64,000 nucleotides of DNA, from assembly GCF_004010195.1 (NCBI RefSeq), contig NC_057752.1, positions 15,581,031 to 15,645,030 of the forward strand, written 5' to 3'. The position numbers and the translations under genes are program-made. The notes beneath the pieces were generated by a model. That model worked only from the letters and a program-made list of their open reading frames with translations. It did no database searches and was not told where the DNA came from. The number at the start of each line of letters is the position of its first letter. Position 1 is the first letter of the stretch. Shown piece by piece: positions 37,171 through 51,000 of the stretch. Source of the DNA: Chiloscyllium plagiosum (taxonomy: Eukaryota).

Positions 37171-38398
37171 TCCAAAAAGGAAAAAAAAAAGTCAGGGATT
37201 TTGATTTCACTGTTATACTTGTGTCATCAGTGAGTCAAGTGCTTGTTGGTATATTACTGCACTAGACATCGGTTAGATTTCCCTTGATTCCTTCATACAG
37301 TTTGGCACGCAACTTCTATTTGAACTGTGTCTCTGTGATGAGACCCCAGTTGATGTGAGGGTGGATGACGGAGGAGAGCAGTGCAGATCTATTCCCACGG
37401 CTTCACATATCACCAAGTGAAATATAATTGCACAAGAATACACCCTATCAAGTTACATTTCACACAAAACGATCTGTCAAACAGGTTCCTCAGCAAACGC
37501 AATTGCTTGTTTGACATCAGGATTAAACATATTCAACAAGTATGACATCTTTGATTGACACGGAATTCAGGAATTCAGGGGAGTAAATGGTTATTGCAAT
37601 TATATGTACCAAAAAAATCTCTCCCACTCTCCCTCTCCACTTTCTCTACCTCTCTCTCACCCACTCTCTCTCTCTCTCGCTTCCTGTTCCCGAAAGAAGC
37701 AAAGAACAAACAGGTTCTCCTGAAGAGATGGAAAAATTCTGAAAGAATAGGCACAGTTTGACGAACAGATTATTTCTGAACACAAAATGAAAAGGTGTTG
37801 GATGCTCCACGACATTTGTTCTGTGTTTTTACACGTGTGGTCATGCCGCTCAACATGCATGTTTGATTATTTAGTCTTGTACATACAGATTCTTCAGAAA
37901 ATATGTTTTGGTTTTCTTCCAGTCTCGCCTTCAAAATAGGAAATAGCTTTCACTCTGAACTGAAGAATGGGATTTTTTGTTTCTGAATTGGGAGACATTA
38001 TACAGCTTCCTTACGGCAGCTTTCTCTCTAATTCAGTTTGTTCTAAGCAGCCCTTCCTACACCTCAATTATATCCTCAGAACTTTCCCTCCAATCTAGCG
38101 TGTTCTTGCAAGGTGTTCTGCCAACTCCATATTTTTAAAATAAGCTTCTGTTCAACTCAGCTTGTTCTCAGCAGATTCCCTCCAAATGAATCAAAGACCT
38201 CTCCAAGACAGTCACTGTTCAAAACATATTGACTTATGCAGCCTCAACAATTCCATACACGTGTAACCAACTTGCACAAAGATGTGAGAAACAAATGGGG
38301 AACAGGGGGTATATGTACCCAGGCCTGCTTTAGTTCAGGGGTAGGGACACTACCACAGCGCCACAAGAACCCGACCCTCAACAATCACAGACACTTAC

Positions 38399-38465
38399 CA
38401 GGCAAACCGAGTATAGCTATTACAATGTAGAATATGTTCCTGACCACTTGGATTGGTCGATGCAT
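38399..38465 (-). CDS. Coding exon 1 of gene A (MHRPIQVVRNIFYIVIAILGLP-G)
   Basis: aaaATG start and G|GTAAGT donor. The phase-1 join to exon 2 gives GLP-V-N and completes TM1. Total 945 nt, in frame. Confidence 0.88.
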
Positions 38466-38759
38466 TTTCTGAGTGAAGAGATCAATTACTTTGTGCTGTG
38501 TACTCTCTCTGATTCAGAATGGAATAAAGCCCCTTATTTTATTGTCTGCAGGAACTACCAGGGGAAAACTGTATTTGCAAAATTTTTAGATTTGATTATT
38601 TTCGGGAGAATTCACAAACAAGGATTATGACAGTCAAGTTAACTCCCTGGTGGTAGAGATATTTTGGACGGCTATGAAGCTCTCTTGAGATGAAGCAATT
38701 CAGGTGAGACATTCTTCAGTTCAAAGAAAGCTCAAAGTACTCCCGCCCAGCGTTTTCAT

Positions 38760-39720
38760 TATAGAATCTTTGCAGTGTGGAAACAGGCCAGCATCTGGCT
38801 CAACAAGTCCACACTGACCCACTCAAGAGTAACCCACCCCGACCCATTCCCCTATAACTCTTTCTTATTCCTGACGAATGCACCTAACTTACACATTGCT
38901 GAATAATATGGGGAAATTAGCATGGCCAATTCACCGAGCTTGCACATCTTTGAACAGTGGGTGGAAACCAGAGCGATTCCACACAGACACAGGGGGAATG
39001 TGCAAATTCCACACACAACAGTGGCCTGAGGCTGGAATTGAAACGGGTCCCTGGTGCTTTGAGGTAGCAATGTTAATCACTGAGCCACTGTGCCGCCCTA
39101 AATGATTGGGCCCACCCCGGTGGGAGGTTTTGCCGCAGGGTCTGTGCTGACTGGGTCAGATCAGCAGTAATGTGTCCAGTTTCCCTCGGCCAGATCAGCA
39201 ATAATGTGTCCAGTTCTGGTCGCCTTGTTATGGAAAGGATAAAATTAAGCTGGAGAGTGTTCAGAAAAGATTTACTGGGATGTTCCTCGGAATGGAAAGT
39301 TTCAATTGTAGGGAAGAAGCTGAATAGGCTGGGACTGTTTTCACAGGATCGCAGGAGGTTGAATGGTGACCTTATAATGTTTTGTAACATCATGACGTGT
39401 ATAAATGAGGTGAATGGAAGTTGTCTCTTTTCGCTCCAGTGGGCGATTTCCAGGTTAGGGGCATGTCTTTAATGTGAAAGGAGAAAGATTGAAAACAGAC
39501 AAGAGGGTATTATGCTTTGTGCACAGAACGAACCTCCAGAGAATTTGGTGGATGTGGGTACAGTTACAACATTTAAAAGACATTTAGATAAATACATGAA
39601 TGTGAAATGGAGGGATATGGGCCGAGGCCGGGAAGATGGGACTAGTTTAGTTTGGAATCATGGTCAGCATGGACTGGTTGGACCAAAGGGTCTGTATGAT
39701 TCTCTGACTCAATGACTCTA
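38760..39720. mobile_element. SINE (minus) plus CR1 3' fragment (plus) block shared by four GPCR copies
   Basis: Homologous blocks at 19145-20395 and 53218-54055 (inverted) and at 62330-63320. Absent from the orphan copy at ~9560. Confidence 0.8.
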
Positions 39721-39981
39721 TGATTGAGCTGATTAGTTAATGCTCTTCAGATGCAATCTTTCTTAACCACACTCCAAGACCATTGCTCTGTTAAAGGAAT
39801 GTTTTGCATCAGGACACACTTTCTTTCACTGCCATTCAGTGTGTATCTGTGTCTTTAATGAACTTTCCCCAACGTCTTCGGCTCATTGTGGATCTCCCTC
39901 TGCTTCGCTTACCTTTTTGAGTCTCTGCTACACGCTATCTCTGGAAAATGGAATCTCTGTAGCATTTCTCACCCTACACAC

Positions 39982-41195
39982 TGTGATGATGCTGTTTTGT
40001 CCTTAGTTTTTTTTTTAAGAGTGTTCGTAAAGGCAGAGATCTCGAGGAGTCTGGGGAGTTGAACAGAATAACAATGGAAGGGGATCGGCCAGTTCTCCCA
40101 GATCAGGCTTTCTCCAGTTCTTTTTTGCTGCAGCATTCACAAGATGTCGGAGTTCGGAAATGTTGCAAGTTTCAGTAAAGGATTCCTCTGACTTTCTCTG
40201 AAATCACACTCTGGATTTTGTTCTCTCCTGCCTGTAAGAATTTGTGTTTCTATTTACCTTTCTGTATCGGGCTGTGCTTGTTGGATGTTACTGTATTGGA
40301 ACAGCTGGTCAGTTAATTTCCTGTATCGGGTCACTAAGGTTTGTTTCGAACCAGGCCAGACTCCCCTCAAAATATTTTAAGGAAGTAGCCTAGACCCTAA
40401 CATTTTCTTATTATCAAGACAGATGTGAAGTGGCTATACCAGGTATGATGCAGCTGGTCAAACTACTCGGTTTTAAGCAAAACTTATTTAACTTAAGCAC
40501 GACCGTTGAAGCACAAATTAAGGAAGGCGGAATTTAGAATAACTTAACGATGGGCCAAATACTGGCAAATGGGACGAGGTTGGGTGAGGAAATCTGGTCG
40601 GCATGGACGTGTTGGACCTAAGGGTGTGTTTCCGTGATGTACACCTCTGTGACTGCACTGGATAACTTACCATATATACTCGAGTAATAGTCGGATTTCT
40701 TTGACTACTGTTTACGGTTAAATCTATGGGATCGATTGTGACATGGTTGCTACTTTTGAGTGGCTGAAATTCATTCCGTATCATTAGCAGAAATCAAATT
40801 GATCTCTCAACAAATAAAGAGAAAAAAACAATGAATTACAGTAATGTTGAAAACCCAGAGAGGAGGGGAACAGCCTGTGGACTAGAAGACCTGGAGCTGA
40901 GCACGACTGCGGGCACACTGACTCTGAAATGTTGATCTGTTCTCTGTGAAGGAGTCAGCTTGACCTCTACACAAAATATAAAAAATATTCTAGATTTTTA
41001 GCCAGAAATACGTGTCAACTTTTACATGTGATCGATTATTACTTGAGTATATATGGTAAACGACCCGCTAGAGTAACTATTATTAATTAACTGTTCCAAT
41101 GCAGTAATATCTCATGAACACACCCCTTCGCAAAAAGGAAAATGCAAAAGTACCAAGGACAAAATAATCTTTTTAAAGTGAGAGCATGGACACAC
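39982..41195. mobile_element. Two oppositely oriented Gypsy LTRs (39982-40341 plus; 40342-41195 minus)
   Basis: TGTGA start at 39982 and TGT...ggccagactcccctcaaaat at 40342. On the minus strand a PPT 'aagggggggatg' at ~41196-41207 precedes the LTR. Confidence 0.65.
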
Positions 41196-44100
41196 ATCCC
41201 CCCCTTAAAAAAATGAACCACCAAAATACAACGGTAGCTTCACTTTAAACCCCTTAGTCTTACTCTGTTTGGACACAACAACACACATATACTACATTGA
41301 CTATGTGCATGCAGACATTCACTATTACATTCTGCAGCAATCCATTCACTTCTGCTACCGAACGCCTCCATTTTCCATCATCCAAGTCTCGACAACATGT
41401 CGATGATTACATTTTCTTATCCTGCCGCGCATATGATTTATAAATTGAATGGCTGCAGCAATAAGCTCCATTTAAGCAGTCTGGAATTTTGTCCTTATAT
41501 TTCTCCACAAACTTTGATGAGTTATAATGAGTATATATAATTGTCTCAGATACAGTAATGGCAATATAGATGCGGAAATATTGTAACACGAACAGCAAGC
41601 TCACAGTCTGCTTCTCAATTGTGGAATATTTCTGTTGATGAATATTAAATTTCCGGGAGAAATACCCAATAGGTCTTCCATCTTCTTGTCATCTTCCTGT
41701 AAGTGGACAGCACCGACTCCCAATCACTTGCATCGATAACCACCTTGACGTTCTTTGCGAAATTAGGTGTGGATAATAGTGGGGCAGTGATTCACATAGT
41801 TTTCAGGTTATCAAATGCTGTCTGTCAGATTACTGTCCATTGCAATTGTCTGCACTTCTTCAAAAAGTCAGTGAGTGGAGCAGCCACTCTGCTAAAATTT
41901 GGCATGAATTTCTGATAAAGCCCACTCAATCCCAATAATTACAGTCCTGCTCTTTCCGTTGATGGTATGGAAACTTCCCAATAACCGTTGTTGTCACAAT
42001 CCGTGGGCCCATCTGTCCATGTCTGGTAACATGGCCCAGGAACGTGACTTGAGTTTTGGCGAATTCACTCTTCGACAGCTTTATCACCAAGCCGAATTTC
42101 CGAAGTCAGTCAAGTAACTCTGATAAATGCAGCAAATATTCCTCCCACGTGTGAATAAAAATCACCAGGTCATCGATGTATTCAACACAACTGGGTAATT
42201 CAGAAATGACTTTACTGGTTAATTTTTGAAATGTGATTGGCGCATTTTTCATACCAAACATCATGACTACAAACTGATGCATTCCATTTGGTGTTACGAA
42301 AGCAGAAATTGTAATCCCTGTTTCAGATTATGGTACCTGCCAGTATCCTATGATTAGGCCCAATTTGGAAGTTTTCGTTTCTGGTCCCACATTCTCAACA
42401 CAGTCTTTCAAACGTGGAATTGGACATGAATCAGGCTTTATAACTGCATGGCCTTTGCAATATTCTGCACATACTTGTTGGATGCCATGTGGTTTTGGCA
42501 CCATTGCTATGGGTGAGCTACAGTCACTGCAATTCACTTTGATTATGTTGTCTTTGCACATGCTTTCAATCTCGTTTTGAACCTGTGTCAACTTTAGAAT
42601 TTTACGTCGAGAGGGAGGTTGCTTGTTCGGAACAGTTTTTCCAAATCATGCAGAATTTAGGAAAATTGCAAAATTATGTGTGGCAAATACGAGAGCAGTG
42701 TTTAACACAGCTTGCAGGCTACGAAATGACCTCCAACAGCCTGCTGTCCAATGAAACTATTTGCTTTTCTTAAGCAATTCAGTAAGTGGAGCAGCCACAC
42801 TGCTAAACTTTAGTGTGAATTTCCGATAAAATCCACACAATCCCAAGAATTGTAGTACTGCTCTTTTTGTGTATGGCATGGGAAACTCCCCAATTATCTT
42901 TGCTTTTCCATTCCACAGGGTCGTTTGTCCATGTCCAATAACATGGGCCAAGAAGGTGACTTGGGCTTTGGCAAATTCACTTTTAGCAAGGTTTATCACC
43001 AAGCCTGCCTCCCGAAGTCGATCAGGCAATTCTAATCAATGGTGCAATTGTTCCTTCCATGTGCGGGTAAAAGTCACCAGGTCATCAATATAAACGACAC
43101 AATTGGGTCATCCGGAAATGACCTTATTGGCTAGTCTTCGAAATGTGGCTGGTGCATTTTTCATACCAAATGGCGTGACTTTAAATTGATGCAGTCCATT
43201 CGGTGTTACAAAAGCCAATATAGTTTTGCTCTTTTGGACACAGGTACCTGCCAGCATCCTCTGAGCAAGCATAACTTAGAAAAAAAGTCGCTTCTCCCAC
43301 CTTTTCAACACTGCCTTCCAAACATGAATTTGGATTCAAATCAGACTTTGTAATTGCATTAACGTTATGATAGCCAACACAAAACCGTTGGGTACCATCT
43401 GGTGTTGGCACCATTACTATAGGTGAGCTCCAGTCACTGTAACTCACTTTGTTTATGTTGTTTTTGGAGCAGGCGTTCAACCTCCTTTTCAACTTGTGCC
43501 AGCTTTAGAGAGTTATGCCTATAAGGATGTCACTTCATTGAACCAACATTACCTATACATACATCATGCATAATTAGGTTAGTACTTCCCAGCTTATTTC
43601 AACATACCTCTTCATGTGATAGCAATAACTCTTTCAGGCCATTTCAGTTTTCCTCATGGAAGGTAACTCAATGATTTATCCCAATTTTTGACGACTTCCT
43701 CATTTCCAATATAATTTGAGGTATGTCCATTTAGAATTCTCTGAACATGGTTGTTCCCTTTGTGTTGTAACCAATAACACAATCTCCTTTTGCCTTCCTT
43801 CCCTGTCAAAATACCTTTTGAACATATTTTGGAGTCTTTTTTCAAATAGCTCACCTCACTCAATCTCCTTTTGACTTGATTAAGTCCACTAAACCTTGCT
43901 TTTCCAGGTTCACCTATCACAGGAAGTTACTCTAACACCTTATCTCCGAGAGCAAAACTGTGAGTTTTTGATATCATGCCTGCTTCCTGTTTCATTGTTT
44001 GCGGTGATACTTTTAAATGCTGTCTAACCAACTCGCCCACTCTATTTAACCGTTCCCTAAAATTTGACACATGCCCCAAATGTGTGGTCTCTGAATTTTG

Positions 44101-46200
44101 ACACCAATTTCTCCTAAATCAAGTTCAGAGTTCCTTTCATTTTATACCCAAAGACTAATTCAAATGGACTGAATTTGGTCGATTCATTTGATACATCTCT
44201 GATGGAAAAAAGTACAAATGGAATTCCTTTATCCAAATTATCTAGATAGTCTTGGCTATCAACCGTAAACACGGTCTTCAATATCTGATGCCTCCTTTCT
44301 AGCACTCCCTGTGATTCTGGATGGTATGCAGTGGTTTTGAAGTGTTTTATTCCGAAGCTGTCCATAACTTCCTTGAATAATCTTGATGTCAAGTTTGACG
44401 TTGATTTGATTATATCTCTTGGGTAGTCCATATCTAGTGAAAAATTTGAGTAACTCCTTCATAATCCTTTTCGCTGTGATAATGTGTAATGGGACAGCCT
44501 CTTGAAATTTAGAGGACACATTCATTATTGTTAACAAATCCTGATCCCCACCTTGTGTTTTCAGTCGGGGTCCAACACAATCAATTAAATGGTTCCACAA
44601 ATGTAGGAATGACAATTAAAGGTGCTGGTTTTATCACTAGAACGTAGAACATTGAACAATTACGCCACAGTACAGACCCTCGCTGTTGTGCTGATCTGTG
44701 AAAGAAATGCGAAGCCCACCTAAACGACACTATTCCATTTTCCTCCATTTGTATATCCAATGACCAGTTAACTACCCTTATAGTTGACGAGACTACTACT
44801 GTTGCAGGCAGTGCATTCCATGAAACTACTACTCTCTGAGGAAAGAGACTACCTCTGACATCCATCCTATATCTGTCAACCTTCAATTTAAAGCTATTTC
44901 TCCTCGTGCTAGCCATCATCATCCAAGGAAAAAGGCTCTCACTGTCCACCCTATCTAACCCTCTGGTTATCTTATATATCTCAATTAAGTCACCTCTCAA
45001 CCTTCTTCTCTCTATCAAGAACAACCTCAAGTCCCTCAGCCTTTCCTCGTAAGAACGTCCTTCTATACCATGCAACATCCCAGTAAATCTCCTCTGAACC
45101 CTTTCCGTTTCTGAAATTCCACATCCTTCTTATAATGCAGTGGCCAGAACTGTCCGTAATATTCCAAGTGGCCACACCAGAGTTTTGTACAGCTGCAGCA
45201 TTATCTCATGGTTCCAAAGCTCAATCTCTTTACTCATCAAAACTAACACATCGTATGACTTCTTAACAACCAGATCAATCTGGGTGACAACTTTCAGAGA
45301 TTTATGTGCATGAAGACTGAGATCTCTCCGATCATCTTCACTGCCAAGAATCTTACAATTCACCCAGTACTCTGGATTCATGTTACTTCATCCGAAGTCA
45401 ATCACCTCACACTTTTCTGCATTAAACTCCATTTGCCACCTCTCAGCCCAGTTCTGCAGTTTATCTATGTCCCTCCGTAACCTGTAACATCCCTCAGCAC
45501 TATCCACAACTCTACCGACCGAAGTGTCATCTGCAAATTTACTAAACCATACTTCTACGCTCTCATCCAGGACATTTAGAAAAATGACAAACAGCAATGG
45601 ACGCAAAACAGATCCTTGTGGCACTCTAAAAATAACTAAACTCCTGGATGACAACTACCTATCAACCACCACCCTCTTCTTTCAGCTCACCAATGTCTGA
45701 TCCAAACCACTAAATCACCCTCAATCCCATGCTTCCGTATTTTGTGCAACAGCCTACCATGGGGTACCTTCTCAAACACCTTACTGACTCTCCTCACTAC
45801 CTAACGTTTTCCAGTTACCTTACACCCATGACATGTCTAGCAATATTCAATTAAATCCTTATGTCCTCCAGGGTTGTAAAAATGTTTTTGTATTTTACCC
45901 TGATGTTTTCTTACCCCCTACTGGTAATTCACATGCGACACACAACACCTACCTTTGACATCAGCTAGCAATATGACTTGATGAACGTCTGCCATTTCCC
46001 ATCTGCCTGAAGATGTGATGAACACCATTTCGTCATCTAGATATTCTTTTAAAGATCGTAATATTTGGGAATTCGCTCAAGTCTTTCTTCTGTGTTTGGT
46101 TTTTAATACAATTGCGTCAGTTTTTCATCTTTCTGTTGTAAATCAGTTAATCTCTCTGAGCTAAAAATATCCACTTTGTCCTCCACCCGTTCTTGTTTTG
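41196..46200 (-). mobile_element. Degenerate Gmr1-like Gypsy region (INT upstream of two tandem RT segments, then RNase H)
   Basis: TTAYHPESQGVLERRHQILK...FSPFELVFG (44114-44431). WSSPIVMVP RT starts at 43181-43492 and 42328-42591. RNase H at 41407-41760. Confidence 0.88.
44639..45790 (-). mobile_element. CR1 LINE fragment nested in the Gypsy integrase
   Basis: PQGSVLRPLLF, KFADDT and WQMEFNAEKCEV motifs, with an agaacgtagaacattgaac tail. Confidence 0.9.
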
Positions 46201-46407
46201 TCTCGAGGGTGTTGAATCTCTGGGAGTCATTGCTGCAGGAGGCAGTGGAAGCCAAGTCATTGAGCTTTACAGGATGCAGCTGGATTACCATTCGGGCACG
46301 AGACTTTGCTGTTTTGTATCTGTTTGATTGTCTATTATATTTGCACAGTCAATGTGGTGCACATATGGAGATATGTCTACCACCCGACACTTGGGTAAAA
46401 GATGGAA

Positions 46408-47360
46408 CATAGAAACTGGAAGCAGTAGGCAATCCGTCACCGAATAAAGAACAAAGTAAACTACCGCGCAACAATAGGCCCTTCGGCCCTCCAAGTCTGC
46501 GCTGATCCTGATCCTCTATCGAAACCTGTCACTTATTATCTAAGAATCTGTATCACTCTGCTCCCTGTCCATTCGTGTATCTGTCTAGATACATCGTAAA
46601 ATACATTGTCGTGCCCACCTCCACTGACAATGTGTTCCAGACAACCATCACCATCTGCCTAAAAAACGTTCCACGCATATCTCCCTTAAACTTTCCCCCT
46701 CACTTGAACTCATAACCCCTTTTAACTGAGTCCACCCCCCGTGAAAAGCTTCTTGCTGTTCACCCTGTCAAACCTCCTCGCGATTTTGTAGACCTCAATC
46801 AGGTCCCCCCACAACCTCTGTTTTTCTACTGAATGTAATTCTCATGTACTTGACATCTCTTCATAGCTCGCACGCTCCATACCAGGCAAAATCCTGGGGA
46901 ACTCCCTCTGCAGCCTTACAAAAGCATCCTCATCCTTTTGGTAACGTGATAACCAGAACTGTATGCAGTATTCCAAATATAGCCGAACCAAAGTCTTATA
47001 CATGACTTTCCAACTCTTGTAATCAATACACTGTCTGATGAAGGAAAGCATGCCGTATGCCTTCTTGATCAGTTTGTCAACCTGCATTGCTTCCTTCATT
47101 GTACAATGGACATAAACACGCAGTTCTCTCTGCACATCAATTATCCCCAGGGCTTTTCCATTTATTGTATAATTCGCCCTTAAATTGGATCTTCTAAAAT
47201 GCATCAACTCGCATTTGCCCGGATTGAACTTCATCTGCCATTTCTCCGCCCAAATCTCCAAGCTATCTGTATTCTGCTGCATTCACTGATAGTCCGCTTC
47301 ACGATCTGCTGCTCCACCAATCTTAGTGTCATCTGCAGACTTGCTAATTAGACCTCCTCC
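46408..47360 (-). mobile_element. 5'-truncated CR1 LINE
   Basis: WAEKWQMKFNPGKCELMHF...LEYCIQFW (46842-47282). Confidence 0.88.
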
Positions 47361-47499
47361 ACCTATCTCTTAGAGCAGGTTCTGACATTTTATAAAATAA
47401 GGGCTGATCTTTTCACTGAAAACATATTCCCACCTATTGAGTTTAATGTCTCAACAGGTATCAAGATCTTTCTTGAACATACTTGCTCTCAAATCGCCA

Positions 47500-47960
47500 T
47501 GTCTCTTCCTTTCGCATTCCATCTCTCTCTCTGTCATTCTCGCCCTGACTTGACACACTCCCATCTCTTAGACCTTTTCATTCTGCCCTGACCTTTGACT
47601 CTGTCTGTTTCATCCCCCTCATTTCTTTCATATTGGTCATTATATCTTGCTCTACCTCTCTCACCCCACCCCTGCCTCTCTCTCAGCCAAACTCTCTGTC
47701 CTTCTCAGCCTTTCTCCATCACATCCTCAGTGTCTCACAGACTGTGCCACCATCTCTATCACTCCGTCTATCTTTCAGCCTCTCTCTCTCTATCTCTCTT
47801 CCTTTCTACTCTCTTTCATACTCTGTCTCTCTGTCTCTCTCTCTCTCTCTCTCTACAGCACAGTCTCTCTCTCTCTCTCTTTCTGTCATCCTATCTTTCT
47901 ATGCAGTCTCTGTCTCATCTTGTTTTTTTCTGTGCCCCTGTCTCTGCCTGCGCCTGTCTT
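47500..47960. repeat. CT-rich low-complexity tract / degenerate (CT)n microsatellite
   Basis: Direct inspection. Confidence 0.95.
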
Positions 47961-48049
47961 TCCTCCTCTTGCTGCTGCAGTGATTGTAACAAGGTCAGTC
48001 AGTAGAATCTCAGAGAATCTCGTGGTATCAGCGGCCTCCATCTTACCGT

Positions 48050-51000
48050 AGCAGCAGTGGGACTGGTGAGAGTGAGGAGGAGGGGACTGCTGGGAAGGTC
48101 AATTAATTCTTTAATAACTTATCACGTGGATAGGCAGACCACATGCTGAGCAGGGGCACACACGGGACTGCTGAGTAAGTGAGGTAATATATTTGTGTGG
48201 TTGCCTTAGCCGAAACGCCACTTTGGTAGCTTCTCCCACCAATCGTCCTCCTCATCCTCTAACCAAAGAAAAGGTTTTGTGCACCAATTCATTCAGGTAA
48301 GTAGTTGTTTCATTAGTCTGTTTGGGAATTCACAAGAGTGCGAATGAATGTAAGGGCAGTTGCATGATCCTCCGGCCAGATGTGGGAAGTAAGGGTCACC
48401 ACTCGTGTCTCCAATGACTTCATCTGTGAGAATTTATCCCAACTCCAGTTCCTCAGACACTGCGTTAGGGAGGTGGAGTTGGAGCTGGATGAATTTCGCA
48501 TCATTCGGAAGGCAGAGGATTTATCATACAGGAGTTACAGGGACGTAGTCTTGAGGATCTAAAAATTGAATTTAGGCTGTTGTTAGAAGCATCGAGTGTA
48601 TGCAGATTTCTATTAACGACTCTGCGGTCTCCAACCTTGCAAAGAAGAAGATGATATAGATCAAACTTGACCTGCTGTGTGGACTTGCCATTGCCAGCAT
48701 TGGTGCACAAGAAGGGACAGTTTACCTGTGTGATCCTGAGCAAACAAAGACTGTGTACCAACTATGCCAGGAAGATGTCCTGGTGTGCTGAGAGACTGAA
48801 TGTTACCAAGAATGACTGAATGTTACCAAGAATGTCAACTGCATCAAAAAGATTGAACACTTCATTTACAGACCACGTCTAAATGGTCTTTACCCTGTGA
48901 AGGTGTTGTTTGCCAGTTTGATTTCATTTGTACTATGGGCATCCTTGGTAAGCCTTGTCCCCTTTCAGATAGATCACGTAGTAAAAGAGAAAAAGGGGGA
49001 ATGTTATCCTTCACTAACAATTTGTTTCTAGCAGATGTTCGCACATAAAGGGACGGCTGGAAAATGGGAAGCTTTCAGAAATGAGATAACAAGAATCCAG
49101 AAAAAGTATGTTCCTGTTCGGGTGAAAGGAAAGGCTGGTAGGTATAGGGAATGCTGGATGGCTAAAGAAATTGAGGGTTTGGTTCAGAAAAAGAAGGAAG
49201 GATATACCAGGTATTGACAGGACAGATCGAGTGAATCCTAAGAAGAATATAAAGGAAGTAGGAGTAAACTAAAGAGGGAAATCAGAAGGGCACAAAGGGG
49301 ACATTGAGATAGCTTTGGCAAATAGAATTAAGGAGAATCCAAAGAGTTTTTACAAATACATTAAGGACGAAAGGTTAACTAGGGATCAGCAAGGTGGCCT
49401 TTATGTGGAGCCACAGAAAATGGGAAGATACTAAATGAGTATTTTGCATCAGTATTTACGTTGGAAGAGGATATGGAAGATATAGACTGTAGGGAAATAG
49501 ATGGTGACATCTTGCAAAATGTCCATATCACAGAGGAGGAAATGCTGGATGTCTTGAAACGCAAAAATGTGAAAAAATCCCCGTGACCTGATCAGGTGTA
49601 CCCTAGGACTCTGTGGGAAGCTAGAGAAGTGATTGATGGGCCTCTTGCTGAGATATTTGTATCATCAATAGTCACAGGTGAAGTGCCGTAAGACTGGAGG
49701 TTGGCTAACGTGGTGCCACTGTTTTAGAACGCTGGTAAGGACAAGCCAGGGAACTGTAGACCAGTGAGCCTGACGTCGGTGGTGGGAAGGTTGTTGGAGG
49801 GAATCCTCAGGGACAGGATGTACATGTATTTGGAAAGGCAAGGACTGATTAGGGATAGTCAACATGATTTTGTGTATGGAAAATCATGCCTCACACACTT
49901 GATTGATTTTTTTAGAGGAAGTAGCAAAGAGCATTGATGAGGGAAGAGCGGTAGATGTGATCTATATTGTCTTCAGTAAGGCATTCGACAAGGTTCCCAC
50001 TGATGTGCAAGGTTAGATCTCACGGAATACAGGGAGAACAAGCCAATTGGGCACAGAACTGGCCCAAAGGTGGAAGACAGAGGGTGGTGGTGGAGGGTTG
50101 TTTTCAGACTGGAGGCCTGTGACCAGTGGAGTGTCACAAGGATCAGTGCTGGGCCCTCTACTTTTTGTCATTTACATAAATGATTTGGATGCCAGCATAA
50201 GAGGTACCGTTAGTAAGATTGCAGATGACACCAAAATTGGAGGTGTCATGGACAACGAAGAACGCAACCTCAGATTACAGCAGGATCTTGACCAGATGGG
50301 CCAATGGGCTGAGAAGTGGCAGATGGAGTTTAATTCAGATAAATGCGAGGGGAAAAATGCATTCAGATAAATGCATTTTGGGAAAGCAAACCTTTGCAGG
50401 ACTTATACTCATAATGGTAAGGTCCTACGGAGTGTTGCTGAATGAAGAGACCTTGGAGTGCAGGTTCATAGCTCCTTGAAAGTGGAGTCGCAGGTAGATA
50501 GGATAGTGAAGAAGGCGTTTGGTATGCTTTCCTTTACTGGTCAGAGTATTGAGTACAGGAGTTGGGAGGTCATGTTGCGGCTGTACAGGAAATTGGTTGG
50601 GCAACTGTTGGAATATTGCATGCAATTCTGGTCTCCTTCCTTTCGGAAAGATGTTGTGGAACTTGAAAGAGTTCAGAAAAGATTTGCAAGGATGTTGCCA
50701 GGGTTCGAGGATTTGAGCTATAGGGAGAGGCTGAACAGGCTGGGGATGTTTTCCCAGTCTCGTCGGAGGTTGAGGGGTGACCTTATAGAGATTTACAAAG
50801 TTATGAGGAGCATGGATAGGGTAAATAAGCAAAGTCTTTTCGTTGGGGTCGGGGAGTACAGACTAAGAGGGCATAGGTTTAGGGTGAGAGGGGAAAGATA
50901 TGAAAGAGACCTAAGGGGCAACTTTTTCGCGCAGAGTGTGGTACGTGTATGGAATGACCTGCCTAAGGAAGTTGTGGAGGCTAGTACAATTGCAACATTT

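Noticed and set aside
35460..38465. Assigning the symbol GPR139
   Set aside because: Similarity is family-level only. Multiple paralogs and different pocket residues mean orthology is unsupported.
47595..48051. Ser/Leu-rich ORFs
   Set aside because: Translation of a CT-rich microsatellite.
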